Shown piece by piece: positions 1 through 10,050 of a stretch of 64,000 nt of DNA. Every line of letters starts with the position of its first letter. Position 1 is the stretch's first letter. Made by a program: the position numbers and the translations under genes. The stretch is from Naegleria gruberi (Eukaryota): assembly GCA_000004985.1 (NCBI GenBank), contig GG738853.1. One strand, given 5' to 3'. The notes beneath the pieces are model-generated. The model was given only the letters and a program-made list of their open reading frames with translations. It was not told the origin of the DNA and did not search any database.

Positions 1-11
1 ATTTTAGCAGT

Positions 12-3000
12 TTGGAAATTGTGGCATGTGGTGCAGAACCTATCAGAGCAGAAACTATGGAAAGTTTCAGTACACTCTTCTCTGAATTTGGATTGAAAAA
101 ACAAGCCATGTATCCATGTTATGGATTGGCTGAGAGTACTCTCTATGTCACTGGTGTAAACTATATGAAAGGTTTCGACTTTACCACAATTGACAACAAG
201 AACCAATACATTATCAAGAATGGAACAGTCGAACAAACACAAACTCATCAAAAATTCGTTAATTGTGGTGTCAACTATGATGAAAATCAATCCATTAAAA
301 TTGTCGATCCAGAATCTTCTACAGAAATGGAGAATGGAAAGGTTGGTGAAGTTTGGTTGTCAAGTCCAAGTGTCGCTCAAGGTTATTGGGAGAAACCAGA
401 ACTTTCTCAAGAGGTTTTCCATGCACGAGTGGTTGGAGATGATAGGGAGTATCTCAGAAGTGGAGATTTGGGTTTCATGTTGAATGGAAACTTGTACATT
501 ACTGGTCGTCGTAAGGATGTCATTATTTTGAATGGTGTGAATTATTATCCTCAAGATGTAGAATTGGCATGTTCTAAATGTCATGCACAGATTAGAACTG
601 GGTGTGTGGTGGCTGTTAATATTGCTGATCGTGATGGACAGGATCGATTGGTGATAATTGCTGAAACTAAAGTTGTTTCGAATAGTGAGACACAAGTATT
701 GGAGAGTATTGTACAATCCATACGATCTGCAATTGCCGAATCGATGGGAATTCCAATGTATAATGCCCTATCGACCATCCTTCTCATGACTAAAGGAGGC
801 ATTCTCAAGACCACAAGTGGTAAACTGAGACGTCAACCAACTAAACAAGCATTTCTCAATAACAAACTTCCTCCAAAACTAATCGTTCACAGATGGGATC
901 AGGAGAAACTCTCAGATAGCGCTTCTCAACCAAGTACTCCAACAGAGATTGGATTGGCTAAAATTTGGAAAGAATTAACAGGAATTGATCCATCACTTTC
1001 GAATAACTTTTTCCTTTTGGGAGGAAGCTCTATGAGTTTGATTCAGCTAAAATCTAGAATCCAACATGTTTTCAATGTAATTATAAGTTTGACTGATTTG
1101 GTAATGTCGCCAACATTGCAATTGATGGCTAAATTGGTCGATCAACACAGCAATCAATGTAATACTAGCTCTGTACAAATTTCAAAGAGAGAAAGGACAA
1201 GTGACACTTTAGAATTATCAAACTCACAAACGAGATTCTGGTTCTTACATCACTTGATCGATAATCCTGCCATTCACAATGTTTTTGCAGGTGTTCGTTT
1301 GAAAGGTGACTTGGATAAACAAGCTTTAGAAAATTCCATTACCAAACTTGTAGAACGTCATGAAAGTTTACGTACAAGCTTTCAAGAAACAGAGATGTCA
1401 CCAATGCAACACATTCATTCTGAAATTTCTCTCAAATTAAATTCAATTAGTTTGAAACATCTCACTAGTGAAGAAGAAAAGAATTTGGAATTGAACAAGT
1501 TTCTCTTTGATGAGGTGAACGCACCATTCAACTTGAATGAAGCTCCTCTTCTCAGAGCTAACTTGATCGAAATGTCAGAGTGTGATCATGTTTTGGCCAT
1601 GACTTTCCATCATATCATAATCGATGGATGGTCCATGAATTTACTTGTTGAAGAGCTAGTTCAATACTATCTGGCTTTTAAGAATCATCAATCGCCAATT
1701 CTTCCACAAGTTCTTCAATATGGTGATTACACACTGTGGAGCAATCAACAACAATCAATGAATGAAACTCAATTAAAATATTGGGAAGAAAAACTCTCCA
1801 ATTTACCAGAATCTATCAAATTGCCAACAGAAGGCGAAAACTTATCCAAATCATTTGATGGATCTCATTTCTGGTTTGCAATCCCAGAAACTCTCGTTAA
1901 CTCCTTAAGAAAGATCGTTCAATCAAGAGGAGCCACACTCTACATGGGCATGTTAACTCTATTCAATATTTTACTGTACAGATATTCTGAACAGAATGAT
2001 ATTGCAATTGGAACACCTGTTGTGAATAGACAGCAACATGTTGAGTTGGAAGCACTGATTGGACTCTTGGTAAATACTCTGGTGATTAGAAATAATGTGA
2101 ATCCAGAGCATAATTTCATTGAAACTTTGATGGAAATCAAGTCAACTGTAATTGAAGCTTTTGAAAATCAAGATGTTCCTTTCCAGAAAGTTGTAGAAAG
2201 ATTGAAAGATTCACGTAATTCAATGGAGAATCCACTTTTTCAAGTCATGATGGCCATGCACAACCCACAACGGAAAATTGTCATGGATAATCTTGAAACT
2301 GAGCTAGTTAGAGTTGACAATGGATCATCCATGTTTAATTTAACACTTGAATTACAAGAAATAGAGGATGGAAGTTTACAATGTTGTTTCGAATATAGAA
2401 CTGATCTTTTCAAGAAGGAAACTATTGAAAGAATGGCTGGAAATCTTATTGAACTATTGAAATCAGCCACAACTGAATCGGATAACAAATCAATAAGCAA
2501 GTTGTCTTTCCTATCGAATTCTGAAGTTGAAACTTTGAATAATTTTGGAAATATCACCAATAATGATCTCAGTTCTTCAGTTTCGAATAGATTATTACAC
2601 GAACTCATTGAAGAGCAAGCTATCAAAACACCAGACAATACCGCCGTCTACTTCCAAGGTAAATCCTTCTCCTACCAACTTCTCGATCAAAAATCAGACC
2701 AATTAGCAAGGAGATTACGAGATATGAATCACTCCAAAAATCCCTTCATTGCCATTAGCATTGACAGAAGCTTTGAATTGATTGTGAGTTTAGTTGCCAT
2801 TCTCAAAGCTGGATTTGCCTATCTCCCTCTCGATCCAAGCTATCCACAAGAACGATTACTCTACGTGCTTGATGATTCACAAGCAGGTCTGTTAATAACT
2901 CAATCTAATTATTCTGAAAAATTCAAAGACTATCAAGGGAAAGTGTTGTCTATTGATAGATTCGTTTGGTCAGCAAGTAGCACTTCCACATCCTCCATTA

Positions 3001-4433
3001 GTATTGAGAAACCATTGACATCACCAAATGATTTGGCCTATCTCATTTACACTTCTGGCAGCACTGGAAATCCAAAAGGTGTCATGCTTTCTCACAGAAA
3101 TGTAAACAATACTCTCAATGGTCTAATTAAATTGTACGAAATGAAGCAAGATGACAAGTTTATTCATTACAGCTCCTATAGCTTTGATGTTTCATTGGAA
3201 GAGATTTTCCTTCCACTAATTACAGGTGCTTCGATTATTGTGGCCAATCCAAATATTCAATATCAGTTGGAGGAGCTTGTTGACTTGGTTGAGCAAACGA
3301 AGGCAACAATCATTGGTGTCACTCCAAGTTTGTGGCATGGTATAAGGTACCATGTTTTGAGGAATCCAAAATCAACTGAATCTTTAAGAATTGTCACTAT
3401 TGGAAATGAACCTGTTGATTCGAATGCAGTCAAAGAAATCCAACAAATGTGTCCCAATGCAACAGTATTCAATGTATGTGGAGGAACAGAGACTTGCATT
3501 GATTGGTCTCTCTTCAAGGTTCCAAAAGATTATGCACCTTTACAACAAGTAGTTCCTATTGGAAAACCAATTCCTGGTGTCAAATTGTATGTTTTGGATT
3601 CGAATAGAGAGTTAGTTCCAATTGGAGTACCTGGAGAACTCTACGTTGGAGGAAATGGTGTTGGAAATGGATATTGGAAAAATAGTGAGCTAACCTCCAA
3701 GAGCTTTATTGAAAATCCATTCCAAACTAAAGACGAAAAACAGAACAATGTTAATGGAAAACTATTCAAAACAGGAGATTTGGTTAAATGGTTACCTGAT
3801 GGAAATATGGTATTCATCTCCAGATTGGATCATCAAGTGAAATTAAGAGGATTCAGAGTTGAATTGGGTGAAATTCAAAATGTCATGAGGAAGAGTGGTC
3901 TCGTCAGGGAGGCAATTGTGATTCTCCAAGATGATGAGAATGTCAGTAACAAACAACTTGTTGGATACATTGTGTGTAATGAGGGAGAAACTAGACCGCA
4001 CTCAATCATCATACAGCTAGTCAATTCCTACTTGGAGAAACATCTGCCATACTATATGATTCCATCTCATATCATTTGCATTGAAAAAGTTCCAACAACC
4101 AATAATGGAAAATTGGATCGTAGAGCTTTACCAAGAGCAGTTGACCACCAGCAAACTAAAAGACTAGAAGAAAATATGGGAGAGGTCGATCCAGCTGATA
4201 TTCCAGAGAGTCATTGCAAGCTAAGACAAATTTGGTCCAAAGTACTCAAGATGAAGGAGGATTGCATTGGGTTGAGTGATAACTTTTTTGCAATTGGTGG
4301 AAATTCCATTCTCATTGCCCAATTGAGAAGCATGGTTCGTACAGAGTTGGGTATTCAGTTAGAGTTGAAGACTTTCTTTGAAAAATTAACAATCCAATCT
4401 ATGGCTACCCACATTGAAACTGTTAGCCAATAA
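12..4433 (+). CDS. Nonribosomal peptide synthetase-like megasynthase, 3' part only (5' end lies outside the window). Domain order: [C-terminal half of a FAAL-type adenylation domain]-T-C-A-T.
   Basis: Uninterrupted 1473-codon frame running from the window edge to a TAA stop at 4431-4433. FAAL/A-domain C-half motifs: PCYGLAEST and ITGRRKDVIILNGVNYYPQDVE. Carrier domain 1: LGGSSMSL (GGxS, around nt 1025-1045). Condensation domain: HHIIIDGWS (HHxxxDG, around nt 1609-1635). Second adenylation domain: LAYLIYTSGSTGNPKGV (A3, around nt 3040-3085), NVCGGTE, GELYVGGNGVGNGY, FKTGDL...RLDHQVKLRGFRVELGEIQ (A8) and PTTNNGKLDR (A10). Carrier domain 2: IGGNSILIAQL (around nt 4290-4315). No thioesterase or reductase domain lies between carrier domain 2 and the stop. 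Confidence 0.85.
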   Translation: MEIVACGAEPIRAETMESFSTLFSEFGLKKQAMYPCYGLAESTLYVTGVNYMKGFDFTTIDNKNQYIIKNGTVEQTQTHQKFVNCGVNYDENQSIKIVDPESSTEMENGKVGEVWLSSPSVAQGYWEKPELSQEVFHARVVGDDREYLRSGDLGFMLNGNLYITGRRKDVIILNGVNYYPQDVELACSKCHAQIRTGCVVAVNIADRDGQDRLVIIAETKVVSNSETQVLESIVQSIRSAIAESMGIPMYNALSTILLMTKGGILKTTSGKLRRQPTKQAFLNNKLPPKLIVHRWDQEKLSDSASQPSTPTEIGLAKIWKELTGIDPSLSNNFFLLGGSSMSLIQLKSRIQHVFNVIISLTDLVMSPTLQLMAKLVDQHSNQCNTSSVQISKRERTSDTLELSNSQTRFWFLHHLIDNPAIHNVFAGVRLKGDLDKQALENSITKLVERHESLRTSFQETEMSPMQHIHSEISLKLNSISLKHLTSEEEKNLELNKFLFDEVNAPFNLNEAPLLRANLIEMSECDHVLAMTFHHIIIDGWSMNLLVEELVQYYLAFKNHQSPILPQVLQYGDYTLWSNQQQSMNETQLKYWEEKLSNLPESIKLPTEGENLSKSFDGSHFWFAIPETLVNSLRKIVQSRGATLYMGMLTLFNILLYRYSEQNDIAIGTPVVNRQQHVELEALIGLLVNTLVIRNNVNPEHNFIETLMEIKSTVIEAFENQDVPFQKVVERLKDSRNSMENPLFQVMMAMHNPQRKIVMDNLETELVRVDNGSSMFNLTLELQEIEDGSLQCCFEYRTDLFKKETIERMAGNLIELLKSATTESDNKSISKLSFLSNSEVETLNNFGNITNNDLSSSVSNRLLHELIEEQAIKTPDNTAVYFQGKSFSYQLLDQKSDQLARRLRDMNHSKNPFIAISIDRSFELIVSLVAILKAGFAYLPLDPSYPQERLLYVLDDSQAGLLITQSNYSEKFKDYQGKVLSIDRFVWSASSTSTSSISIEKPLTSPNDLAYLIYTSGSTGNPKGVMLSHRNVNNTLNGLIKLYEMKQDDKFIHYSSYSFDVSLEEIFLPLITGASIIVANPNIQYQLEELVDLVEQTKATIIGVTPSLWHGIRYHVLRNPKSTESLRIVTIGNEPVDSNAVKEIQQMCPNATVFNVCGGTETCIDWSLFKVPKDYAPLQQVVPIGKPIPGVKLYVLDSNRELVPIGVPGELYVGGNGVGNGYWKNSELTSKSFIENPFQTKDEKQNNVNGKLFKTGDLVKWLPDGNMVFISRLDHQVKLRGFRVELGEIQNVMRKSGLVREAIVILQDDENVSNKQLVGYIVCNEGETRPHSIIIQLVNSYLEKHLPYYMIPSHIICIEKVPTTNNGKLDRRALPRAVDHQQTKRLEENMGEVDPADIPESHCKLRQIWSKVLKMKEDCIGLSDNFFAIGGNSILIAQLRSMVRTELGIQLELKTFFEKLTIQSMATHIETVSQ

Positions 4434-4558
4434 ATCCTAAAAATGTAAAATATAAGTTGTAATATCTTAAAATATTTATTATAACGTCTCGTGTATCGTA
4501 AAGGTAATGTAAAATAGATATTTCATATTGGCCGTGAAAAGTTTAAAAAGGAAAACAA

Positions 4559-4631
4559 CTCCCCCTGGTGGGCTCGAACCACCGACCTGCAGATTAACAG
4601 TCTGACGCTCTACCGACTGAGCTAAGGGGGA
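4559..4631 (-). tRNA. tRNA-Asn (anticodon GUU)
   Basis: The reverse complement folds as a 73-nt cloverleaf. Acceptor stem TCCCCCT/AGGGGGA; D-arm GCTC-AGTCGGTA-GAGC; anticodon loop CTGTTAA, giving GTT; T-arm GGTGG-TTCGAGC-CCACC. The downstream flank has T-runs, as expected for a Pol III terminator. One mismatch at the outer pair of the anticodon stem. Confidence 0.8.
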
Positions 4632-4702
4632 TACATTAATAAAAGAAAATATTCCTTATTCACAATTAAGGCTTGTTTTTCTTGTTAAGATTTTGGCAAT
4701 CA

Positions 4703-4791
4703 CCAGTACAAAAGGCGACTGAGGGAATTGAACCCTCGACCCTCAGTTATCTCAGCATTTCTGCCTACAAGACTGATGCACTGCCACTGTG
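4703..4791 (-). tRNA. Intron-containing tRNA, most likely tRNA-Thr (anticodon UGU), with a ~17-nt intron after position 37
   Basis: The reverse complement gives acceptor GGCGGCT/AGTCGCC (one G-U pair); D-arm GCAC-AGTGGCA-GTGC; anticodon stem TCAGT...ACTGA, which pairs perfectly only if 17 nt (GGCAGAAATGCTGAGAT) are removed; loop CTTGTAA (anticodon TGT); T-arm GAGGG-TTCAATT-CCCTC. The isotype call depends on exactly where the intron is placed. Confidence 0.6.
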
Positions 4792-4873
4792 CTAAGCCGC
4801 CTTACACTTTATCATCAAATTTAAAATTTTCGAAAAACATGTGCAAGGACAAAGAATAATTCATTTGCAGAGT

Positions 4874-7066
4874 TTATTCAGAAATTGAAATGGTTTGTGA
4901 GGTGTGACTTCTTGTAGACTGTGTGTCATTAGCAATATAAGCTTCTAATGGAATGGTTCTGTGATGTGAAACACCATTTTGTTGGCTCTTATCTACACTC
5001 GAAATGTTCGAATTATTGTTATTCGAATTATGATTAAACTTTTCAAAAAGACCTTGGAAGCTTTCATTTACCTTTCTTCCAATAATGGATAATCTACCAC
5101 TTGCTCTCGATCTAAATGATGAAGGAGCTGTCTGTGAAATTTTTCCACCATGAACTGTTCCCCGTCTTGTTGAAGCTGAAGAAGCATTTCCCACGTACGA
5201 AACCATCGAAGCTGACGAAACAATTTCCTCCTCATTCGTAATATTTCCCAAATTGACAGATTTTCTATTACTATTTGCATGATCAAATTCTGAAAATCTC
5301 TTCTTCATAATATGACTATACATTAGTGAGATTCCCATATCGAAAATGTGTAACGTATTGAACATGTTCTTCCTATCACAACATCCGAGGAATGCCTTGA
5401 AAACATTCAATTCTTGAGCTCGTTCAGTTGCCTGAATATATGAAACAAAATTCATATCAGCAACAGTGATCGTTCTCCTTCGTCCAATCTTGAATTTGTA
5501 CTTTTCCCTCAGATAGTGATCGACCTCATCTCGCTTCAATCCAATCATGGCAACAATGGATTGAGGAAAGTGTGTATTTCTCGTCTCGATAAACTTTTTA
5601 AAATAGGAATTCTCTTTGGAAGGTAATGAATCCTGATTGGTCATATCAAAACAGTACAGGAATAGATCAACCTTCTTTTTAGCATTCTTGAGAATTTTGG
5701 AATTTTCAGATAGTTTTTCATTCATTGTCTTTTCACTTTTGGATGATTTGAAATGATCCGGAATATTGTGTGGAATATCATGAACAACCAGATCGATCCT
5801 TTCACCATTCAACAAGTAATATGGATGACAGTAGGTTTGCATTTGTTCGGTTGGAATGTATCCATGTTCCTTTCCAACTGGCATGGCATTTCCAAAGATG
5901 GATTCTATAAAGGTTGTCTTGCCAACATTCTCTTCACCTACAATGACAATTCTAAATATTTTCCTTCTGGTCTTTCTCTTCACATTGGTCATTAATTTGG
6001 TAAATTGACTAACGTTATTATCAACTTGAACTTGCAGAGGTTCAATACCACAAGCATGTTGACCATCCGATAATCCAACATTAATTGGTGGAGAAACCAG
6101 AGAATGTTCAGAATTTACCGATTGTGCACTCAAAACTGAACTTGTTGATGAATTATGTATTGTATGAGCATTTTGAGAAAGGATTGAATTATCCAAACTC
6201 GACGATTTCACATGGTGATTTCTTTTTTGAGGTGAAGCATTCAAAATATTATCATAACTTGCACTATTAATAATGATACTTCTTCTGGCTAGTGTAGCTG
6301 AAGTGAGTGGTGCATTATCAGTCAATCGCCAACTATTTCTACAACTCCTTAAATCAAAACTTCCAGTTGACCTTGTTGAAGCAAACGAATCATTCAATGA
6401 ATTTCTACTATTCATTGAACCAGTTGTCTGTATTGAGCCACTACTAGTATTATTTGCACTATTGGTATTACTACTCGAAAATTTCATCATTAAAATAGCC
6501 ATAACATGATCCATTTGATCTTCAATCATGGCATTTGACAGTAAATTTGGAAATCTCTTCAAGTGAATTTCATTAATAATCCTCAAACACGTCCAAGATA
6601 TCGAAAGTTGATTCTTTGAAGTCAATCCCAATGATAACAAATCACTAACATTAAGAAATGGAAGAATTCCCTTCTCCACAATTTCACTTTCCATATTTTT
6701 CAATAATTCCACAGCTTGTTTATCCATGAAACAATAATCAGAGTCGGAGAAACTGGCTCTCGAATCGAATGATGGTTTATCTGTTGCTGGACTTGAATGG
6801 CTGGTCCTTCCTGTTGAAGTTGATGGAGAAGAAAGCAAATGATTTTCATACGAAAGTTGACTAATTTCCACAGAAGGACTAGACAAGGAATTTGTCGAAT
6901 ATCTTCCACTATTACTTCCTGTAGGACTTGTTTTCTTATTACTTGTTGATGATGGAATGATGAGTCTGTCTTCTCTTCGTTTACGAAGAATTGCTAATTG
7001 ACGTTGTTGAGAAATTGTCAATTCGTCCTCGTCGAGAGATTCATTGATGGAATTAAAGATTGGCAT
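4874..7066 (-). CDS. Ser/Asn-rich protein containing a Ras-superfamily-like P-loop GTPase domain
   Basis: Long minus-strand ORF. The six-frame track opens it at a TTG at 7237. The first ATG, reading MPIFNSINESLDEDEL, is at 7066-7064. G1 Walker A motif IVIVGEENVGKTTFIESIF at roughly nt 5925-5990. Downstream DxxG/NKxD-like elements (FDMTNQDSL and IGLKRDE). The flanking regions are low-complexity S/N/T-rich. It is possible that 5' exons further upstream exist. Confidence 0.55.
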   Translation of the reverse strand: MPIFNSINESLDEDELTISQQRQLAILRKRREDRLIIPSSTSNKKTSPTGSNSGRYSTNSLSSPSVEISQLSYENHLLSSPSTSTGRTSHSSPATDKPSFDSRASFSDSDYCFMDKQAVELLKNMESEIVEKGILPFLNVSDLLSLGLTSKNQLSISWTCLRIINEIHLKRFPNLLSNAMIEDQMDHVMAILMMKFSSSNTNSANNTSSGSIQTTGSMNSRNSLNDSFASTRSTGSFDLRSCRNSWRLTDNAPLTSATLARRSIIINSASYDNILNASPQKRNHHVKSSSLDNSILSQNAHTIHNSSTSSVLSAQSVNSEHSLVSPPINVGLSDGQHACGIEPLQVQVDNNVSQFTKLMTNVKRKTRRKIFRIVIVGEENVGKTTFIESIFGNAMPVGKEHGYIPTEQMQTYCHPYYLLNGERIDLVVHDIPHNIPDHFKSSKSEKTMNEKLSENSKILKNAKKKVDLFLYCFDMTNQDSLPSKENSYFKKFIETRNTHFPQSIVAMIGLKRDEVDHYLREKYKFKIGRRRTITVADMNFVSYIQATERAQELNVFKAFLGCCDRKNMFNTLHIFDMGISLMYSHIMKKRFSEFDHANSNRKSVNLGNITNEEEIVSSASMVSYVGNASSASTRRGTVHGGKISQTAPSSFRSRASGRLSIIGRKVNESFQGLFEKFNHNSNNNNSNISSVDKSQQNGVSHHRTIPLEAYIANDTQSTRSHTSQTISISE

Positions 7067-7956
7067 GATTATAAAAAGAGGGTTATGTTGTGATGATGAT
7101 GAATTATCATGTGTGTCTGTTGAGTGAGTATCTAACGGTTTGATTTTTTTAATTTGTTGATTCGAATAAAATGTGAGAGGGACTACGAAAGGAAAGAATG
7201 AGTTGCTAATTGAGATAAAATCAATTAAATATGACAACTATTCTTGGCGAGTAAGAAGAAAAGGTGATAATTAGAGATGATAACAATTACAACTGTTTAG
7301 TTTCAATTTTTTCTTTCGTCTTCTACAAATCGAAAGGTACATAAACCTTTCAGATTGCTACTACACTTCATCAATTGCACTAACATTTTTCATCCGTTCC
7401 ATGTAAAGAAACTTTCACCCTATCACTTGTCTTTCAATAAATGTCACCCTCAATCCAAATTTCAAAAAACATGTCCACACATCGCGCAAAAAGTTCACTT
7501 GGATGGAAGTTGAAAATTACGCCATTAGTGAAAAGTTTAAAAAAACTTGGAAAAATATAAAACTTGGATCCTCAACAGGCCAAGATTATGAAATGAGGTC
7601 ATGTTGAAAAGTGTCTTCGATTGAGTTGAATAATGGGTCGTTTTTAAGATAAATTAAAGAAATGGATGGTGTTTACAATGGGAAAGATGGATGAGATGGA
7701 AATTTGTGAATTTCCTTATTGGAATTATAATTGTATCATATTCAATTGTTTTCAAGTGAATTTCGAATAAAATGATATTAAAAACTTAAGTGATAATTGT
7801 CAATAATGTTTGAAAAAGACAAGATTATTACAATGACATGGACTTTTGGTGTATTTCTTACTAATTTGGACTGGACGAAAGGAAGCATTTCGACTGATGA
7901 TTAATTGATTGCTGTTCAAGATACTTCCAATTCAAATTACACACAAAAATCAAAAA
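7067..7956. promoter_or_regulatory. Divergent AT-rich intergenic region shared by the minus-strand GTPase gene and the plus-strand 7TM-RGS gene (putative bidirectional promoter)
   Basis: About 0.9 kb lying between two start codons in head-to-head orientation. It contains A/T homopolymer runs and no ORF. The function is inferred from position only. Confidence 0.3.
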
Positions 7957-10050
7957 ATGCATCCCTCTTCTCTCTTCATACTCTTTCTTTTTCTTTCTGC
8001 CAGTTTCGTCTATTCTCTCACAACCAACCAAACTCGTTTCTTCAATGATCTAGATCCTAATTCCTCCATATCCTTCGTCAATGACTATTTATCTGCCATA
8101 ATCTACCACAATCCTTCTCAGCCCTTCAATATTACCTCTAAAAATCAACTCTTTTCACAAAATTTAAAAATTGTTTCAATTTTACCAGAAGAAAATCTAA
8201 TGAAATTGTGGAAAACACTTCCCTTGAATAGAAATCAAGTAATTTTGAATAATTTCGAGAAGGGAGCTTGTCAGATTTATCATCCTTTGGAAGAATTTGA
8301 TGTGATTATTACGAGTAGGAGTTTATTCTTGCAAAAGTTTCGAATATTTAGAAAGGGAATGGGAATTCGAAAGTTGGAAGGAGAATATTTTGAGACGAGT
8401 GATTTTATATTTGTTGATTTGCTTCCTTATACTGTTTTGCAAGTTAACTCGAATGATGAATTGATACGGTTCAATGTTTCGAATGAAAAACCTTCATGTA
8501 AGGAAGTATTGCAGAATTTCGAATATGAACAAAATGTATTGACAGCCTATTCAATTTTGACACAAAATAATTCATCATCTACTATTAACAATGAAGATTT
8601 ACAATTCCTCAAACTGTGGAATTCATTTAACATCAATCTCATGAGTGTCACCAATCAACAGCTATTTAGAACATATCTATCTCAACAATTTAATCTTTCC
8701 AGCAACTCAACTATCCAACAATTGAACTCCCTTCTCTTACCTTCCAACTGTTCAGTTTGCAAGAGTGACATGTGTCTCACTGATTTAGAATTTAAAGAAG
8801 TTGAATATTGGGTCATTCCACAAATTTGTTTTGTCATCATTTACATGATTTTCTTGATATGTAGTGGAGCATTGACACAACCTTCACTGAAAAGAAGATT
8901 ACTGACACCTTACTTGCCATTATTAATGTTGTATTTCATGTTTGCTTTGGCTGATGTCTTTACTCCATGGTGCAGAAGTGTTTTGTTTATTACAGTTGGA
9001 TTTTTCTTGACATTCTGTTCATTGGTTAATGTGTTTACCTATTTGAGATTGTACTATTTGAGAAATTTGTATAGATTATTCTCAAATTCTGAAAAGATTA
9101 ATTCAATTTTGAGTGGAATAGTTCCAGGATTGTTATTTACAGGACTTTTACCATTTCTAATGTCATTTTTTGTTTCGTCTCACTACATTTCAATTCCTTT
9201 CGTATTGGATCGTCCTCTGGTATTTGCACTGAATATTAATGTTGGAGTAACAATTGGAATTTGTTGTTTAATTGGTTTCATTGTCATTATATGTGATATA
9301 TTAATTAATAGAAAGAAGTGGAAAGATAAGGGATTGAGATACATGTTATTCTTTGACGATCCGTTCATGATTCGTATAGATATGATACTACTTTCGTTTA
9401 ATTTAGTGATCCTCATATTGATGACTGCCTTTTCGTTTAACAGACATGCTATTTACTTTCTGAGAACAATTCTCTTCTTTTCATTTATTCTGACCTGTGG
9501 AGGACAATGTATTATAAAGTATCTATTCGAAAAGCTGAGAAGAAACAAAACTGAACAAGAATCGAGCTTTGAGGAGTTTATGAAAAATGATGATTTTAGG
9601 AGAATTCAAAGAGAATATTGTGTTAAAGAACTTTCCTTGGAAAATTACAATTTTTTCGTATATCTTAATGAATTGAAAAGTAAGGCAATGAAAAATTTGA
9701 CACTTTCACAAATGATTGAAGTGGAAAAGGAATATTTGACTGGAGTGTTTGAAGTGAACGTATCTGGAAGTTCGAAACGTGCATTTTACAAACTGAAAAA
9801 GCAAGTGGAAGGATCAAGTGCAGAGGCAAATGTTTCGTCCAGCTCAGTTTCAATTTCTTCCATGACTGGTGTCGGTTCTGCATCCTCTTCCATAGCTGAA
9901 CACCAATTCAAGGTCCAAGAATTAATTTCAATATTTGAAATGGAAGTTTTAACCAATCTCAAAGATACCTTTTCAAGAATGGAAAAAACTCTCGAATTCT
10001 TAACTTGGCAAAAAGTATACAAAATCCAAAAACAAAATGATATTTGCTAG
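7957..10050 (+). CDS. Seven-transmembrane protein with a C-terminal RGS (regulator of G-protein signalling) domain
   Basis: ATG at 7957. Signal-peptide-like N-terminus MHPSSLFILFLFLSASFVYS. An N-terminal region of ~280 aa with many N-glycosylation sequons (NxS/T). Seven hydrophobic helices at about nt 8800-9540 (VIPQICFVIIYMIFLICSG ... AIYFLRTILFFSFILTCGG). Then SFEEFMKNDDFRRIQREYCVKELSLENYNFFVYLNELK...EVNVSGSS, which fits the RGS-box pattern (F..FL..E.S.EN..F; eiNld). Single exon. Confidence 0.65.
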   Translation: MHPSSLFILFLFLSASFVYSLTTNQTRFFNDLDPNSSISFVNDYLSAIIYHNPSQPFNITSKNQLFSQNLKIVSILPEENLMKLWKTLPLNRNQVILNNFEKGACQIYHPLEEFDVIITSRSLFLQKFRIFRKGMGIRKLEGEYFETSDFIFVDLLPYTVLQVNSNDELIRFNVSNEKPSCKEVLQNFEYEQNVLTAYSILTQNNSSSTINNEDLQFLKLWNSFNINLMSVTNQQLFRTYLSQQFNLSSNSTIQQLNSLLLPSNCSVCKSDMCLTDLEFKEVEYWVIPQICFVIIYMIFLICSGALTQPSLKRRLLTPYLPLLMLYFMFALADVFTPWCRSVLFITVGFFLTFCSLVNVFTYLRLYYLRNLYRLFSNSEKINSILSGIVPGLLFTGLLPFLMSFFVSSHYISIPFVLDRPLVFALNINVGVTIGICCLIGFIVIICDILINRKKWKDKGLRYMLFFDDPFMIRIDMILLSFNLVILILMTAFSFNRHAIYFLRTILFFSFILTCGGQCIIKYLFEKLRRNKTEQESSFEEFMKNDDFRRIQREYCVKELSLENYNFFVYLNELKSKAMKNLTLSQMIEVEKEYLTGVFEVNVSGSSKRAFYKLKKQVEGSSAEANVSSSSVSISSMTGVGSASSSIAEHQFKVQELISIFEMEVLTNLKDTFSRMEKTLEFLTWQKVYKIQKQNDIC

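Noticed and set aside
190-4433. Small antisense and out-of-frame ORFs inside the long genes (for example 360..716 -, 2240..2638 -, 12420..12698 -, 18785..19067 +, 31113..31489, 35652..35990 -)
   Set aside because: They overlap well-supported long coding frames. Their low-complexity or F/L-rich translations are typical of AT-rich antisense sequence. The listed range spans only the first two examples; the others lie inside the named genes.
7909-7956. Track start codons (TTG/GTG) for the ORFs at 7909, 11916, 22179, 48566, 54140, 20092 (-) and 7237 (-)
   Set aside because: The ORF finder uses prokaryotic alternative starts. In a eukaryotic nuclear genome the first in-frame ATG, or an upstream exon, is the relevant start. 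The feature coordinates were adjusted accordingly.
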